Source: Deltaproteobacteria bacterium HGW-Deltaproteobacteria-15 (GTDB lineage: Bacteria; Desulfobacterota; DSM-4660; Desulfatiglandales; HGW-15). Taken from it: a stretch of 64,000 bases of DNA. Of this stretch, positions 46,781-55,495 are shown in pieces (position 1 is the first letter of the stretch; the number at the start of each line of letters is the position of its first letter). The translations under genes and the position numbers were made by a program. Under the pieces are notes generated by a model, which did not search any database, was not told the origin of the DNA, and saw nothing but the letters and a program-made list of their open reading frames with translations. Location of the stretch: positions 3,261 through 67,260 of the forward strand of contig PHBH01000024.1 of assembly GCA_002840535.1 (NCBI GenBank), read 5' to 3'.

Positions 46781-48010
46781 ATGGCTGAGAATGGAATCAG
46801 CAGAAGAAAGTTCATAATGACCGGTGCAGCCGGCATGGCTGCAGTCGGCCTGGGAGGGTTGACCGGTCGATCGGCCGCCAAGGAATCCTCCGGCGCGCCC
46901 GAGATCGTCACCCGGACCCTCGGCAGAACCGGTCTCCAGATTCCCGTGGTGAGCTTCGGGGTCATGAATTCCGACAGTCCGGATCTTATCCGGAAGGCCA
47001 TCGACTTAGGCATAAGACACCTGGACACGGCCCATCTTTACCTTAGGGGGAACAGTGAGACCGTTATCGGCCTGATCCTTGAGGAACGCCAGTGCCGCGA
47101 AAAGATGATTGTGGCCACGAAGATGTACTTCGATCGGGACAAATATCGGAAGGTCTTCCTCCCCGAAGGCGGGGGGCGGGGCTTTCCCGCCTCCGAGGCC
47201 GGCTTTGACGAGCAGCTCGCGTTGAGCTTGAAGCGGTTGCGAACGGACCACGTGGATATCCTGTATCTTCACAGTTGTGAAGGGCCGCTTATGGCCGCAT
47301 ACGAACCCATGATGAAGATCTTCACCAAGGCAAAAGAGGCAGGGAAGACACGATTCATCGGGATCACCACGCATGCTCAGGAGCCTGAGACCATCCGCGC
47401 CGCAGCCGATACAGGGGTTTGGGACGTCGTTCTCACCTCTTATAACTTCATGCAGAAACATCGGGAAGACGTCAGGGCGGCCATAAAGTATGCCGCCGCA
47501 AAGGGAGTGGGCATTGTGGCGATGAAGACTCAGGGCGGCGTGCAAATGAACAGGGAAAGCCCTGCGCAGGTGAACCACCGCGCAGCCCTCAAGTGGGCGC
47601 TCAACGACAGGAATGTCTGCACTGCAATCCCGGGTATTACCGCGTTCGATCAGATGGATCTTGATTTCGCGGTCATGAAGCACCTCTCCCTGACCCCGGA
47701 TGAGGAAGAGGTTCTGAGAAAATCGGCCGCAGCCACAGGGAGCGTGTATTGCCAGCAATGCGGATCATGCCTGGGATCCTGCCTGCAGAGGGCGCAGATC
47801 CCCACCCTTATGAGGGCCTACATGTATGCCGAGGCTTACCACAATCTCATTCAGGCAGAGATCGCCATGGCTGAAATCCCCGAGGGGCAGGGTCTTGATG
47901 CTTGCGGGGGCTGTGAGGAGTGCTCCGCTGTCTGCCGCTTCGGAATCCCTATCCCGAGCCGCATCCAATCCCTTGCGGCCATGGGGTTCCCCGGCAGAAG
48001 GATCGCATAA
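46781..48010 (+). CDS. Tat-secreted aldo/keto reductase with C-terminal Cys-rich (Fe-S-like) extension
   Basis: RRKFIMTGAAGMAAVG twin-arginine signal; AKR core; C-terminal CQQCGSC...CGGCEEC. Confidence 0.7.
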   Translation: MAENGISRRKFIMTGAAGMAAVGLGGLTGRSAAKESSGAPEIVTRTLGRTGLQIPVVSFGVMNSDSPDLIRKAIDLGIRHLDTAHLYLRGNSETVIGLILEERQCREKMIVATKMYFDRDKYRKVFLPEGGGRGFPASEAGFDEQLALSLKRLRTDHVDILYLHSCEGPLMAAYEPMMKIFTKAKEAGKTRFIGITTHAQEPETIRAAADTGVWDVVLTSYNFMQKHREDVRAAIKYAAAKGVGIVAMKTQGGVQMNRESPAQVNHRAALKWALNDRNVCTAIPGITAFDQMDLDFAVMKHLSLTPDEEEVLRKSAAATGSVYCQQCGSCLGSCLQRAQIPTLMRAYMYAEAYHNLIQAEIAMAEIPEGQGLDACGGCEECSAVCRFGIPIPSRIQSLAAMGFPGRRIA

Positions 48011-48949
48011 GTGGTCCCCTCTTCTCTCCTGACAATGATCCTGGCCCTATTCCTGTCCCTCTCGGCCGTAAGCCGGTCCATGGCCGAAGCGGACCTCTCC
48101 GGCTCCGGCTCGAACGAAAAGGAGAGTCTCCTGGCGCTTCTGCCGAAGAAGGAGGAAATCCCGGAGATCAAGGAAAGCTCGGTTCCGGAATTCTACGGAC
48201 CTCAGAATCTCTTCGACTACATCAACGGCGAGGCCGAGACCTATCTGGATTATGGTTTTAATCTCTTGCTCACAAGGGAATACCTCGACAAAGAAGGCTC
48301 GATCATCACCATTGAGATCTACCGGATGAAAAGTCCTCTGCACGGATTCGGCATCTATGCTGCGGAGCGCACCCCGGATGACAAGGTGGTGGACATCGGC
48401 ACCCAGGGAATTCAAGGTGGAAATATCGTGGCGTTCTGGAAAGGAGGTTACTATTGTAAAATCCTTTTCCACCGGATGTCGCCGGGTCTGGACTCGGTCC
48501 TCCTGAAGACAGCGAGACTCATTGCCGGCAAGATCGAAGGAGACTACTCCCTGCCCGAGCTCTTTTCTGTTTTTCCTGAAAAGCACAGGGTGAAAGGGAG
48601 CGAACGATTCATCCCCAGGAACTTCCAGGGGCAACCCTATCTGAGAAACGGCTATCGGGTGGATTATGAAAGAGAGGGAAAGAGATTCCAGGTCTTTCTC
48701 GTTCACCCGGGCTCCATGGAAGCGGCTAAGGAGACATATTTGAAGTACCAGGAGTTTCTTAGGACCGAGCACGCGAATCCCTCCCGGATAGAAAGCGGCG
48801 AGTACGAGATGGCCCGCGTTCCCGGTGAACAGGAGAAACTGCTTTTCAGGTATGGCACATTCTGGGGCGGGGTGCTTGGTGAAAAGGATTTCAGCGCTGC
48901 TGAAAGAATTGTCCAAAAAATGGTTGAGAAACTGAAGCCACGAAATTGA
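48011..48949 (+). CDS. secreted hypothetical protein
   Basis: Signal peptide; no family recognised. Confidence 0.4.
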   Translation: MVPSSLLTMILALFLSLSAVSRSMAEADLSGSGSNEKESLLALLPKKEEIPEIKESSVPEFYGPQNLFDYINGEAETYLDYGFNLLLTREYLDKEGSIITIEIYRMKSPLHGFGIYAAERTPDDKVVDIGTQGIQGGNIVAFWKGGYYCKILFHRMSPGLDSVLLKTARLIAGKIEGDYSLPELFSVFPEKHRVKGSERFIPRNFQGQPYLRNGYRVDYEREGKRFQVFLVHPGSMEAAKETYLKYQEFLRTEHANPSRIESGEYEMARVPGEQEKLLFRYGTFWGGVLGEKDFSAAERIVQKMVEKLKPRN

Positions 48950-49320
48950 AACTGAACAACAGGGAATTCGACAGGATAGTGAAAGGTGCGGTGATGCGCA
49001 TCCCTGAGGAGATCCGGCAGCATCTCGAGAATATCGTGATTTCCGTGCAGAAGAGACCCTCTGCGGAACTCCTCGAGGAAATAGGATTTGATGCCGAAGA
49101 CGAGCTTCTGGGGCTCTTTCAAGGTACCTCCCAAATCGAGCGCTCCATTACGTCGCCTCCACTGTTTCCGGACACCATCCTCCTGTTCCAGGAGCCTCTT
49201 GAGGAAATTTGCGAAACCGTGGAGGAGCTGGAGGAAGAGATCGAAATCACCATCGTGCATGAGATCGCCCATGCACTCGGCATGAGCGAAGAGAAGCTGG
49301 CCGAGCTGGGGTATGAGTAA
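48946..49320 (+). CDS. metallopeptidase-family protein (HExxH; DUF1025-like)
   Basis: IVHEIAHALGM motif; family-like N-terminus. TTG start overlapping the upstream stop (TTGA). An alternative ATG at 48994 has an AAAGGTG SD. Confidence 0.6.
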   Translation: MKLNNREFDRIVKGAVMRIPEEIRQHLENIVISVQKRPSAELLEEIGFDAEDELLGLFQGTSQIERSITSPPLFPDTILLFQEPLEEICETVEELEEEIEITIVHEIAHALGMSEEKLAELGYE

Positions 49321-49330
49321 GAGACAGGAG

Positions 49331-49585
49331 TTTCACCGCAGAGACGCGGAGGGCGCAGAGAATATATCTTTTTTGTCCGCGGGGAGACGACCGCGGACAA
49401 AAAGGATCGCTCAGCATCCCATTGTTCATTTTAAGGGCCCTCGAGGACGAACTCCTACGCCATCTATAGCAAGAGTTTTAAGAACCCGACTCGCCAGCGC
49501 AACGGCAGATCTTTTCCAATGGCGGTATCTCCCGCCATTGGAAAAATGTTTGTCTTCTCTGCGTGCTCTGCGCCTCTGCGGTGAA
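49331..49585. repeat. MITE-like structured repeat, copy 2 (inverted relative to copies 1 and 3)
   Basis: Same TIRs and the same two hairpins in reversed order. Confidence 0.75.
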
Positions 49586-49656
49586 TAATTCTTTGCATTT
49601 AGGCCGGCTTTACAGGCATGATCGTGCATTCCAGTCTACACCGGAGTAAAAACTGA

Positions 49657-50211
49657 ATGGACAAAGTAGTCATTTCCATACTGGGACGGGACAGGCCCGG
49701 CATTGTGGGGGCCGTGTCCAGGATTCTCCTCGACAGAGGCTGCAACATCGAGGATGTGACCCAGACGAGTCTTCAGGCGGAGTTCGCCGGCATCTTCATC
49801 GCATCGATGCCCGATAATCTCGCACCCTCCACCCTCCTTGCGGCCTTGAAAGCCGGCTTGGCGCCTTTTGGAGTCGATGTGCTGGTGAAGCGGCTCGAAC
49901 GCAGGCCCGCGCATTCATCCCCAAGCAGTGCCGAACCCTTCGTTATCACGACCATGGGACCGGACAGGATGGGCCTCGTAGCCGGGGTGACGGAGGTCAT
50001 GGCGCGGTTCGGAGTCAATATCACAAACATGAAGGCCGTGTTTCGAGGAGGAACGGACCCCTTCCGGAACATCATGATCTACGAAGTGGACGTGGACCGG
50101 CAGATAGACCACGCCGCCTTCCGCACCGCTCTTCGCGAAAGAGCACAGGAGCTCGATCTCGACATCACCATCCAGCACCGGCGCATATTCGAGGCCATCA
50201 ACAGGGTGTAG
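49657..50211 (+). CDS. tandem-ACT domain protein (UPF0237-like)
   Basis: Two ACT-like halves (ISILGRDRPGIVGAVS..; TTMGPDRMGLVAGVT..). Confidence 0.7.
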   Translation: MDKVVISILGRDRPGIVGAVSRILLDRGCNIEDVTQTSLQAEFAGIFIASMPDNLAPSTLLAALKAGLAPFGVDVLVKRLERRPAHSSPSSAEPFVITTMGPDRMGLVAGVTEVMARFGVNITNMKAVFRGGTDPFRNIMIYEVDVDRQIDHAAFRTALRERAQELDLDITIQHRRIFEAINRV

Positions 50212-50280
50212 CAGGTTGCTGAAAATGTCCCCCTCCACAAGTGGCGGGAAGCCTCGAGCTGCGTTGCCCCGGCATGGCCT

Positions 50281-50342
50281 CTGGTTGTTTGTTGCGGGTA
50301 GTTGGTGGGAAAAACAACCAACGACCAGCCACCTGCTACCCG
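50281..50342 (+). promoter_or_regulatory. four contiguous 14-mers in A-B-loop-A'-B' order (A'=rc A and B'=rc B, each 12/14). Two mutually exclusive hairpins, giving a candidate RNA switch/attenuator or 4-site operator upstream of the UPF0210 gene.
   Basis: A ctggttgtttgttg; B cgggtagttggtgg; loop gaaaaa; A' caaccaacgaccag; B' ccacctgctacccg. A separate hairpin at 50352-50369. Confidence 0.5.
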
Positions 50343-50421
50343 CTGATTTCTCCCCCGGCTTTCTCGGGGGTCGAAATACACTTTGTTGAATGAACTTAAC
50401 TTTAATCCTCGGAGTTTTTAG

Positions 50422-51795
50422 ATGTTAAGCGACAGAGAAATCCTCAGCACCCTGGAGATGTTGAAAAATGAGCACCTGGATGTCCGCACGGTGACTCTTG
50501 GCATCAGCCTGATGGACTGCATCAGCCACGATCTCGAGCGTTTCAGGGAGCAGGTCAGGACAAAGATCCGAGCCCTGGCCGGCTCGCTGGTCCCGGTTTG
50601 CAACGAAATCGGGGATAAGTACGGTATCCCTGTGGTGAACAAGCGGATTGCCGTGAGCCCCATCTCCCTCGCCGGCGCATCCTTTTCTTCGGCCGAGCTC
50701 GTGAAGGTGGCCCAGACACTCGACGAGGCTGCTGCAGAGGTTTCCGTGGATTTCATCGGAGGCTACACCGCTCTCGTGGAAAAGGGGTTTTCGCGGGGGG
50801 ATCTCGCCTTGATCGAGGCTCTGCCCGAGGCTCTTTCCACGACGGGAAGAGTATGCGCCTCCGTGAATGTCGCCTCCACCAGGGCGGGAATCAACATGGA
50901 TGCCGTGAATCTCATGGGCCGCATGATCAAATCCGCAGCGGAAATGACCGCGGAAGCCGACGGCGTCGCCTGCGCAAAGATCTGTGTCTTTGCCAATATC
51001 CCACAGGATATACCGTTCATGGCAGGCGCATATCTGGGAGTGGGGGAACCTGATACGGTCATCAACGTGGGTGTGAGCGGACCGGGGGTGGTGAAAAAGG
51101 CGATTGACAGGGCCCTAGCCGCAAACCCCTGTCTCACTCTCGGGCAGCTCTCCGACCTCATCAAGAAAACCGCCTTCAAGGTAACCAGCGTGGGAGAACT
51201 GATCGGCAGGGAAGTGGCCGAACGGCTGGAGGTACCCTTCGGGATCGTGGACCTTTCCCTGGCGCCCACCCCGAACGTGGGAGACAGCGTAGGCGAGATT
51301 TTTCAAAGCCTGGGATTGATCGGCATCGGCGTGCCGGGATCCACGGCCTTGCTCGCCCTGCTCAACGATGCTGTCAAAAAAGGCGGCGCCTTTGCGAGCT
51401 GCTATGTGGGCGGGCTGAGCGGTGCATTCATCCCCCTGAGCGAGGATCTCCACATCTCGGAGGCCGCCCGGAAAGGGTACCTCTGTCTCGAAAAGCTCGA
51501 GGCCATGACGAGTGTCTGTTCCGTCGGTCTGGACATGATTGCCATTCCCGGAGATACCTCTGCGGGCACTATTGCAGCCATTATCGCCGATGAGATGGCC
51601 ATTGGAGTGATGAACAAGAAGACGACGGCCGCAAGGCTGATCCCCGTCCCCCGAAAGAAGGCGGGCGAAAAGGCCTTTTTCGGAGGCCTTCTCGGGGAGG
51701 CAACCATCATCCCGGTCCAGAACAGCGGAGGGTCCGAGAACTTTGTCCGCCTGGGTGGAAGAATACCGGCACCCATACAGAGCCTTGTCAATTAG
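50422..51795 (+). CDS. UPF0210 / PFL-like (DUF711) family protein
   Basis: Conserved N-terminus (ILSTLEMLKNEHLDVRTVTLGISL), about 455 aa. Known pairing with an ACT-domain protein. Confidence 0.75.
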   Translation: MLSDREILSTLEMLKNEHLDVRTVTLGISLMDCISHDLERFREQVRTKIRALAGSLVPVCNEIGDKYGIPVVNKRIAVSPISLAGASFSSAELVKVAQTLDEAAAEVSVDFIGGYTALVEKGFSRGDLALIEALPEALSTTGRVCASVNVASTRAGINMDAVNLMGRMIKSAAEMTAEADGVACAKICVFANIPQDIPFMAGAYLGVGEPDTVINVGVSGPGVVKKAIDRALAANPCLTLGQLSDLIKKTAFKVTSVGELIGREVAERLEVPFGIVDLSLAPTPNVGDSVGEIFQSLGLIGIGVPGSTALLALLNDAVKKGGAFASCYVGGLSGAFIPLSEDLHISEAARKGYLCLEKLEAMTSVCSVGLDMIAIPGDTSAGTIAAIIADEMAIGVMNKKTTAARLIPVPRKKAGEKAFFGGLLGEATIIPVQNSGGSENFVRLGGRIPAPIQSLVN

Positions 51796-51909
51796 TTCTC
51801 AGTTTTATTCGGATTTTCAAGCGTCCCCTCCAAACCCTCTCTGCCTGTAAACCTTCCTCTTCCCTGGAGCGTCTAAAAGGGCAAGAAAGCGCGAAAAGGG
51901 GGGAGCAGC

Positions 51910-52230
51910 ATGAAGAAGCATCTGATTACGGCAGGGGCGGCATTGGCATTTTTCCTGATGTGGACCGGGGTTTCCGATGCAGGAGGCAGGATTGCTTACC
52001 ACTCCTCGTCCCCAATAGTGATTCACTCCCCACACCACGCTGTTGTTGTTCACGGCCGGCCGTATGCACACCCGGCATGGAAGAACCGCCATCATTACGA
52101 CCGTTATGACAGGTACCGCCACAGGCACGCAGGCAGGAACGTGCATTACGATCGTCGCGGACACTTTTCACGCCACGTGCCCGGTGCATGGTACCGGCCC
52201 GGATTCTCCTTCTCCATCGGTGTCTGGTAA
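51910..52230 (+). CDS. small secreted His/Arg/Tyr-rich protein
   Basis: Signal peptide, AAGGGGGGAG SD, and clusters of H (HSPHHAVVVHGRPYAHP, HHYDRYDRYRHRH). Confidence 0.5.
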   Translation: MKKHLITAGAALAFFLMWTGVSDAGGRIAYHSSSPIVIHSPHHAVVVHGRPYAHPAWKNRHHYDRYDRYRHRHAGRNVHYDRRGHFSRHVPGAWYRPGFSFSIGVW

Positions 52231-52361
52231 CAGGTGCTTTTGGCCGGAAGGGTTTGATGGTATACTATGAGCCGGTGCGAATGCCGGGAGCGAAGCTCCC
52301 GTCTGGATGCCCCTGAATCTGCCTCCAGGCAGAGACAAAGCGATGAAAAAGGGGTGATGCT

Positions 52362-53003
52362 TTGGATAGAGGAACGGGGGCGCTCCCATTGCAGGAGGAT
52401 GAACTCGAAAACCCGGTTTCTGACCTTGAACTGGTCGAGCGGGCAAAGAGGCGGGAATCGGCTGCCGCGGAAGAGCTCGTCCGGCGCTACCATGAAAAGG
52501 CGTATGCCGTTGCATATCGAACCTGCTCAGGCGACGTGGAAGAGGCAAAGGATTTCACTCAGGAAGCCTTTCTCAAGGCGTTTCGAAGTCTCCACCAGTT
52601 CAAGGGCCAGGCTTCTTTTTACACATGGCTCTATCGGATCGTGGTGAACACATGCCTCGACGGTGTACGACGACAAAAGCGGCGCAAAGGGTTTTTTTCA
52701 TCCTGGCGGGCAGAAGAAGCGGGGAAGGGGATCAGGGATGAGATTGAACAAAGCCCGGATCTCAATATCCAGAGTAATCCTGCAGCCACTTTGAACCGAA
52801 AGGAGTTGAGGGCTCAGGTTCAGAAAGCGCTTGAAGGGCTGTCGAGCAGCCAGCGCATGATTTTCGAGCTGAAGATCTTCGATGAAATGAGCATATCCGA
52901 GATTTCAAAGGCGGTTAATATAGCTGAGGGGACGGTTAAAAGTCACCTTTTCCGGGCTACCCGGCATATCCGAAAAGCCCTGAGTGAATGGTCGGAGAAT
53001 TGA
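52362..53003 (+). CDS. ECF (sigma-24 family) RNA polymerase sigma factor
   Basis: Region 2 (LVRRYHEKAYAVAYR...DFTQEAFLKAF) and region 4 (SISEISKAVNIAEGTVKSHLFRA). Apparent TTG start. Confidence 0.8.
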   Translation: MDRGTGALPLQEDELENPVSDLELVERAKRRESAAAEELVRRYHEKAYAVAYRTCSGDVEEAKDFTQEAFLKAFRSLHQFKGQASFYTWLYRIVVNTCLDGVRRQKRRKGFFSSWRAEEAGKGIRDEIEQSPDLNIQSNPAATLNRKELRAQVQKALEGLSSSQRMIFELKIFDEMSISEISKAVNIAEGTVKSHLFRATRHIRKALSEWSEN

Positions 53004-53017
53004 AGGAGGTGCGCGAC

Positions 53018-53593
53018 ATGAAGAGCTGCGCGGAGTACAAGGAAATCCTTTTCCTGGACCTTTACGGAGAACTGGATTCCGCCTCCCGTTCCGAATGGCT
53101 GGCCCATCTCAGGGAATGCGCAGCCTGCAAAGAAGAACAGGCGAGGATGCTGAGCCTGGTTGGAAAGGTGAAGGAGGTCATGGCTTCGCCGCCACTCATT
53201 CACACTGAATCCCAAACGCTGATCAAAGCTGTCCGAGCCGAGATGATCCAAGGAGAAGAAAGAAAATTCAAGGCCGGGTGGCTCAGCCGATACTGGAGGT
53301 TCTCTCCCGCTCTGGCAACCGCCTGCGTTTTTGCGGCCATTATCTCCATCTGGAGTCTCGGGACCTTTGATTCCTTCTTGAACAACGAAAGAAACGCGGC
53401 AAAGGAATCCTCGCAGGAGATGCGAGCGGAAGATCTGGAGATTATCAGAAACTTCGATCTCTTGAAGCAAATGGATTCAGTGGAAAAGCTCGTGCAAACC
53501 CTTGACGAACCCGAAGACGATCCTTCCTCGCCTGAACCAGATTCCAAGACCCAGGAGATGACAAGTCATGAGAAAAGGGTCCATTACTCATAA
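53018..53593 (+). CDS. anti-sigma factor (zf-HC2-like, single TM)
   Basis: HLRECAACKEE zinc-finger-like motif, one TM helix. Strong GAAGGAGG SD. Immediately downstream of the ECF sigma gene. Confidence 0.65.
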   Translation: MKSCAEYKEILFLDLYGELDSASRSEWLAHLRECAACKEEQARMLSLVGKVKEVMASPPLIHTESQTLIKAVRAEMIQGEERKFKAGWLSRYWRFSPALATACVFAAIISIWSLGTFDSFLNNERNAAKESSQEMRAEDLEIIRNFDLLKQMDSVEKLVQTLDEPEDDPSSPEPDSKTQEMTSHEKRVHYS

Positions 53594-54023
53594 ATTGGCG
53601 TGCCGGCTGTGCGGCTCTGCTCCGGTCTGGATACTGTTGTTTTTTGCGCTGCTCTTCTCTTCTCCGCCGGCGACGGCATCCCTGCCCACCGGTGGGCCAG
53701 GCACCGTCACATTCGCGGTACGAGAATCCGGGATCACCTTCACAGCTCCCCTTCAGGTGGCTCAGCGCAACCCTCAAAATGAACGCACCGGGAACAGGTA
53801 CGAGCAATGGCAGAAAATGAAGCCGGATGAGAAGGAAACCCTCAGGCGCCGTAATAACCGGTGGAAGCAGATGGCCCCTCAGGATCGGCAACGTTATCAA
53901 CAGAGATTTGAACAATGGAAGAATCTCTCACCGGACGAGCAGCGGCAGATCGATCGAAAGCTGGAGAACTGGAAGGATCTCTCCCCTTCGGAGAGAGAGG
54001 ATGTGAGGAAGAAATTCCGGTGA
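53568..54023 (+). CDS. DUF3106-like periplasmic repeat protein
   Basis: Signal peptide and repeated W..LSP.E motifs. The start may be the TTG at 53595. Confidence 0.5.
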   Translation: MRKGSITHKLACRLCGSAPVWILLFFALLFSSPPATASLPTGGPGTVTFAVRESGITFTAPLQVAQRNPQNERTGNRYEQWQKMKPDEKETLRRRNNRWKQMAPQDRQRYQQRFEQWKNLSPDEQRQIDRKLENWKDLSPSEREDVRKKFR

Positions 54024-54027
54024 ACTC

Positions 54028-54969
54028 CTACGTCTTTTCTTGCCCCTCCAAAGAAATCTCTATTAACCGGTCCAGAAGATCCGACATGCTCATTCCGGCA
54101 GCCCTTGCAGCCAGGGGGACGAGACTCGTCGCGGTCATCCCGGGAACGGTGTTGGTCTCAAGGATATAGATCTTGTCGTCCTGGAGTATCATATCCGTTC
54201 TGCTCCAGACACTGCACCTGAGAACCCGGTGCGCCTCTTTGGCACAGAACTCCATATCCTTTCTCTCATCCTCCGATATCGAGGCAGGGCAGATCTCTTT
54301 TGAAGCGCCGGGCGTATACTTTGCTGTGTAATCGAAAAAGGGATGCTCGGGATTGGGGATGATCTCTACGATGGGAAGCGTTTCGAGAACCGTGTTCCCC
54401 AACACGCAACACGTGAACTCCCTCCCCTGGACAAATCTCTCTATCATGATCTCGTTATCGTGGTGAAAGGCCTCTTCTATCCCCTTTGAAAGCTCTTCAG
54501 GGGAACGGCAAATGGACATCCCGAGGCTGGACCCCTCCGACACCGGCTTTACAACCAGGGTGTTGCCGAGTGACGCGACGATTCCCCCTGCTGAAAACAC
54601 CTCTCCCCTGGTGAGCATCGCATCCTCTGCGACCCTCAGGCCGGCCAGCCGATAGAGGTCCTTGGACATCTTCTTGTGGATTGCCATCGCACTTGCAAGA
54701 ACGCCGGAGCCTACAAAAGGGATATCCAGAAGCTGAAGAAAGCCCTGGATGCACCCGTCCTCACCGAATCTGCCATGGAGTAACACAAAAGCGAGATCGA
54801 TCTTTTCCCTGTCATGGATCAGACCGATCAGATCATCGCGGGGATCATACCTGCTCACGTCATACTTTTTCCTGTCCAGGGCCTCGTAGACTGCATCTCC
54901 GCTTCGGAGAGAGACTTCCCTCTCACCGGAACGGCCCCCAGCTATCAAGGCGATTCGGAGCTTGTCCAT
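54028..54969 (-). CDS. ddl: D-alanine--D-alanine ligase
   Basis: ATP-grasp Ddl motifs (IALIAGGRSGEREVS, HGRFGEDG, ETNTVPGMT). Confidence 0.85.
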   Translation of the reverse strand: MDKLRIALIAGGRSGEREVSLRSGDAVYEALDRKKYDVSRYDPRDDLIGLIHDREKIDLAFVLLHGRFGEDGCIQGFLQLLDIPFVGSGVLASAMAIHKKMSKDLYRLAGLRVAEDAMLTRGEVFSAGGIVASLGNTLVVKPVSEGSSLGMSICRSPEELSKGIEEAFHHDNEIMIERFVQGREFTCCVLGNTVLETLPIVEIIPNPEHPFFDYTAKYTPGASKEICPASISEDERKDMEFCAKEAHRVLRCSVWSRTDMILQDDKIYILETNTVPGMTATSLVPLAARAAGMSMSDLLDRLIEISLEGQEKT

Positions 54970-55495
54970 GGATCACGCCCTTTCTGCCTTTGAAAATTTT
55001 TGGCACACCATATCCCACGCATGGAAAGATGACAACGCTATTTCCAGAGCTTTTTCTGCACAAAACCTGTGAGGCGCGTCCTCCGGGGCTTCCATCGAAA
55101 TCAGAGGATTGGGCCCCGGAAAAATGAAATGGTTCAAAGCAAAAAACAGCAAAAATGAGTGAAAAAGCGAGAAAGTCGTAGATTGCCCGGTGTGGAAATT
55201 TTTTTGAACCATGCGAACGACCAAGAAGAAGCCCACGATTTCAGGGAAAAAACACCCAGAAAAGCTTTAGGCTCTTCTGACCGGCTTTTCCAACCATTGC
55301 AATGGAATCAGCTTAGTCTTCAGTAAGTTACTTGGTGTCGAAAAAGGGAGAAAGGCTAAGTCGCCTCTGCGCTCAATCAGCGTTGACAGGGTTACACTCC
55401 TTCAGGTAGAAGGGCACCTGCAAATTGAGAAGGGACTAGGATTTGATCGGCCACACGGAATCACCTGCAACGGAAAAACCTGAATTGAGGCTGCA

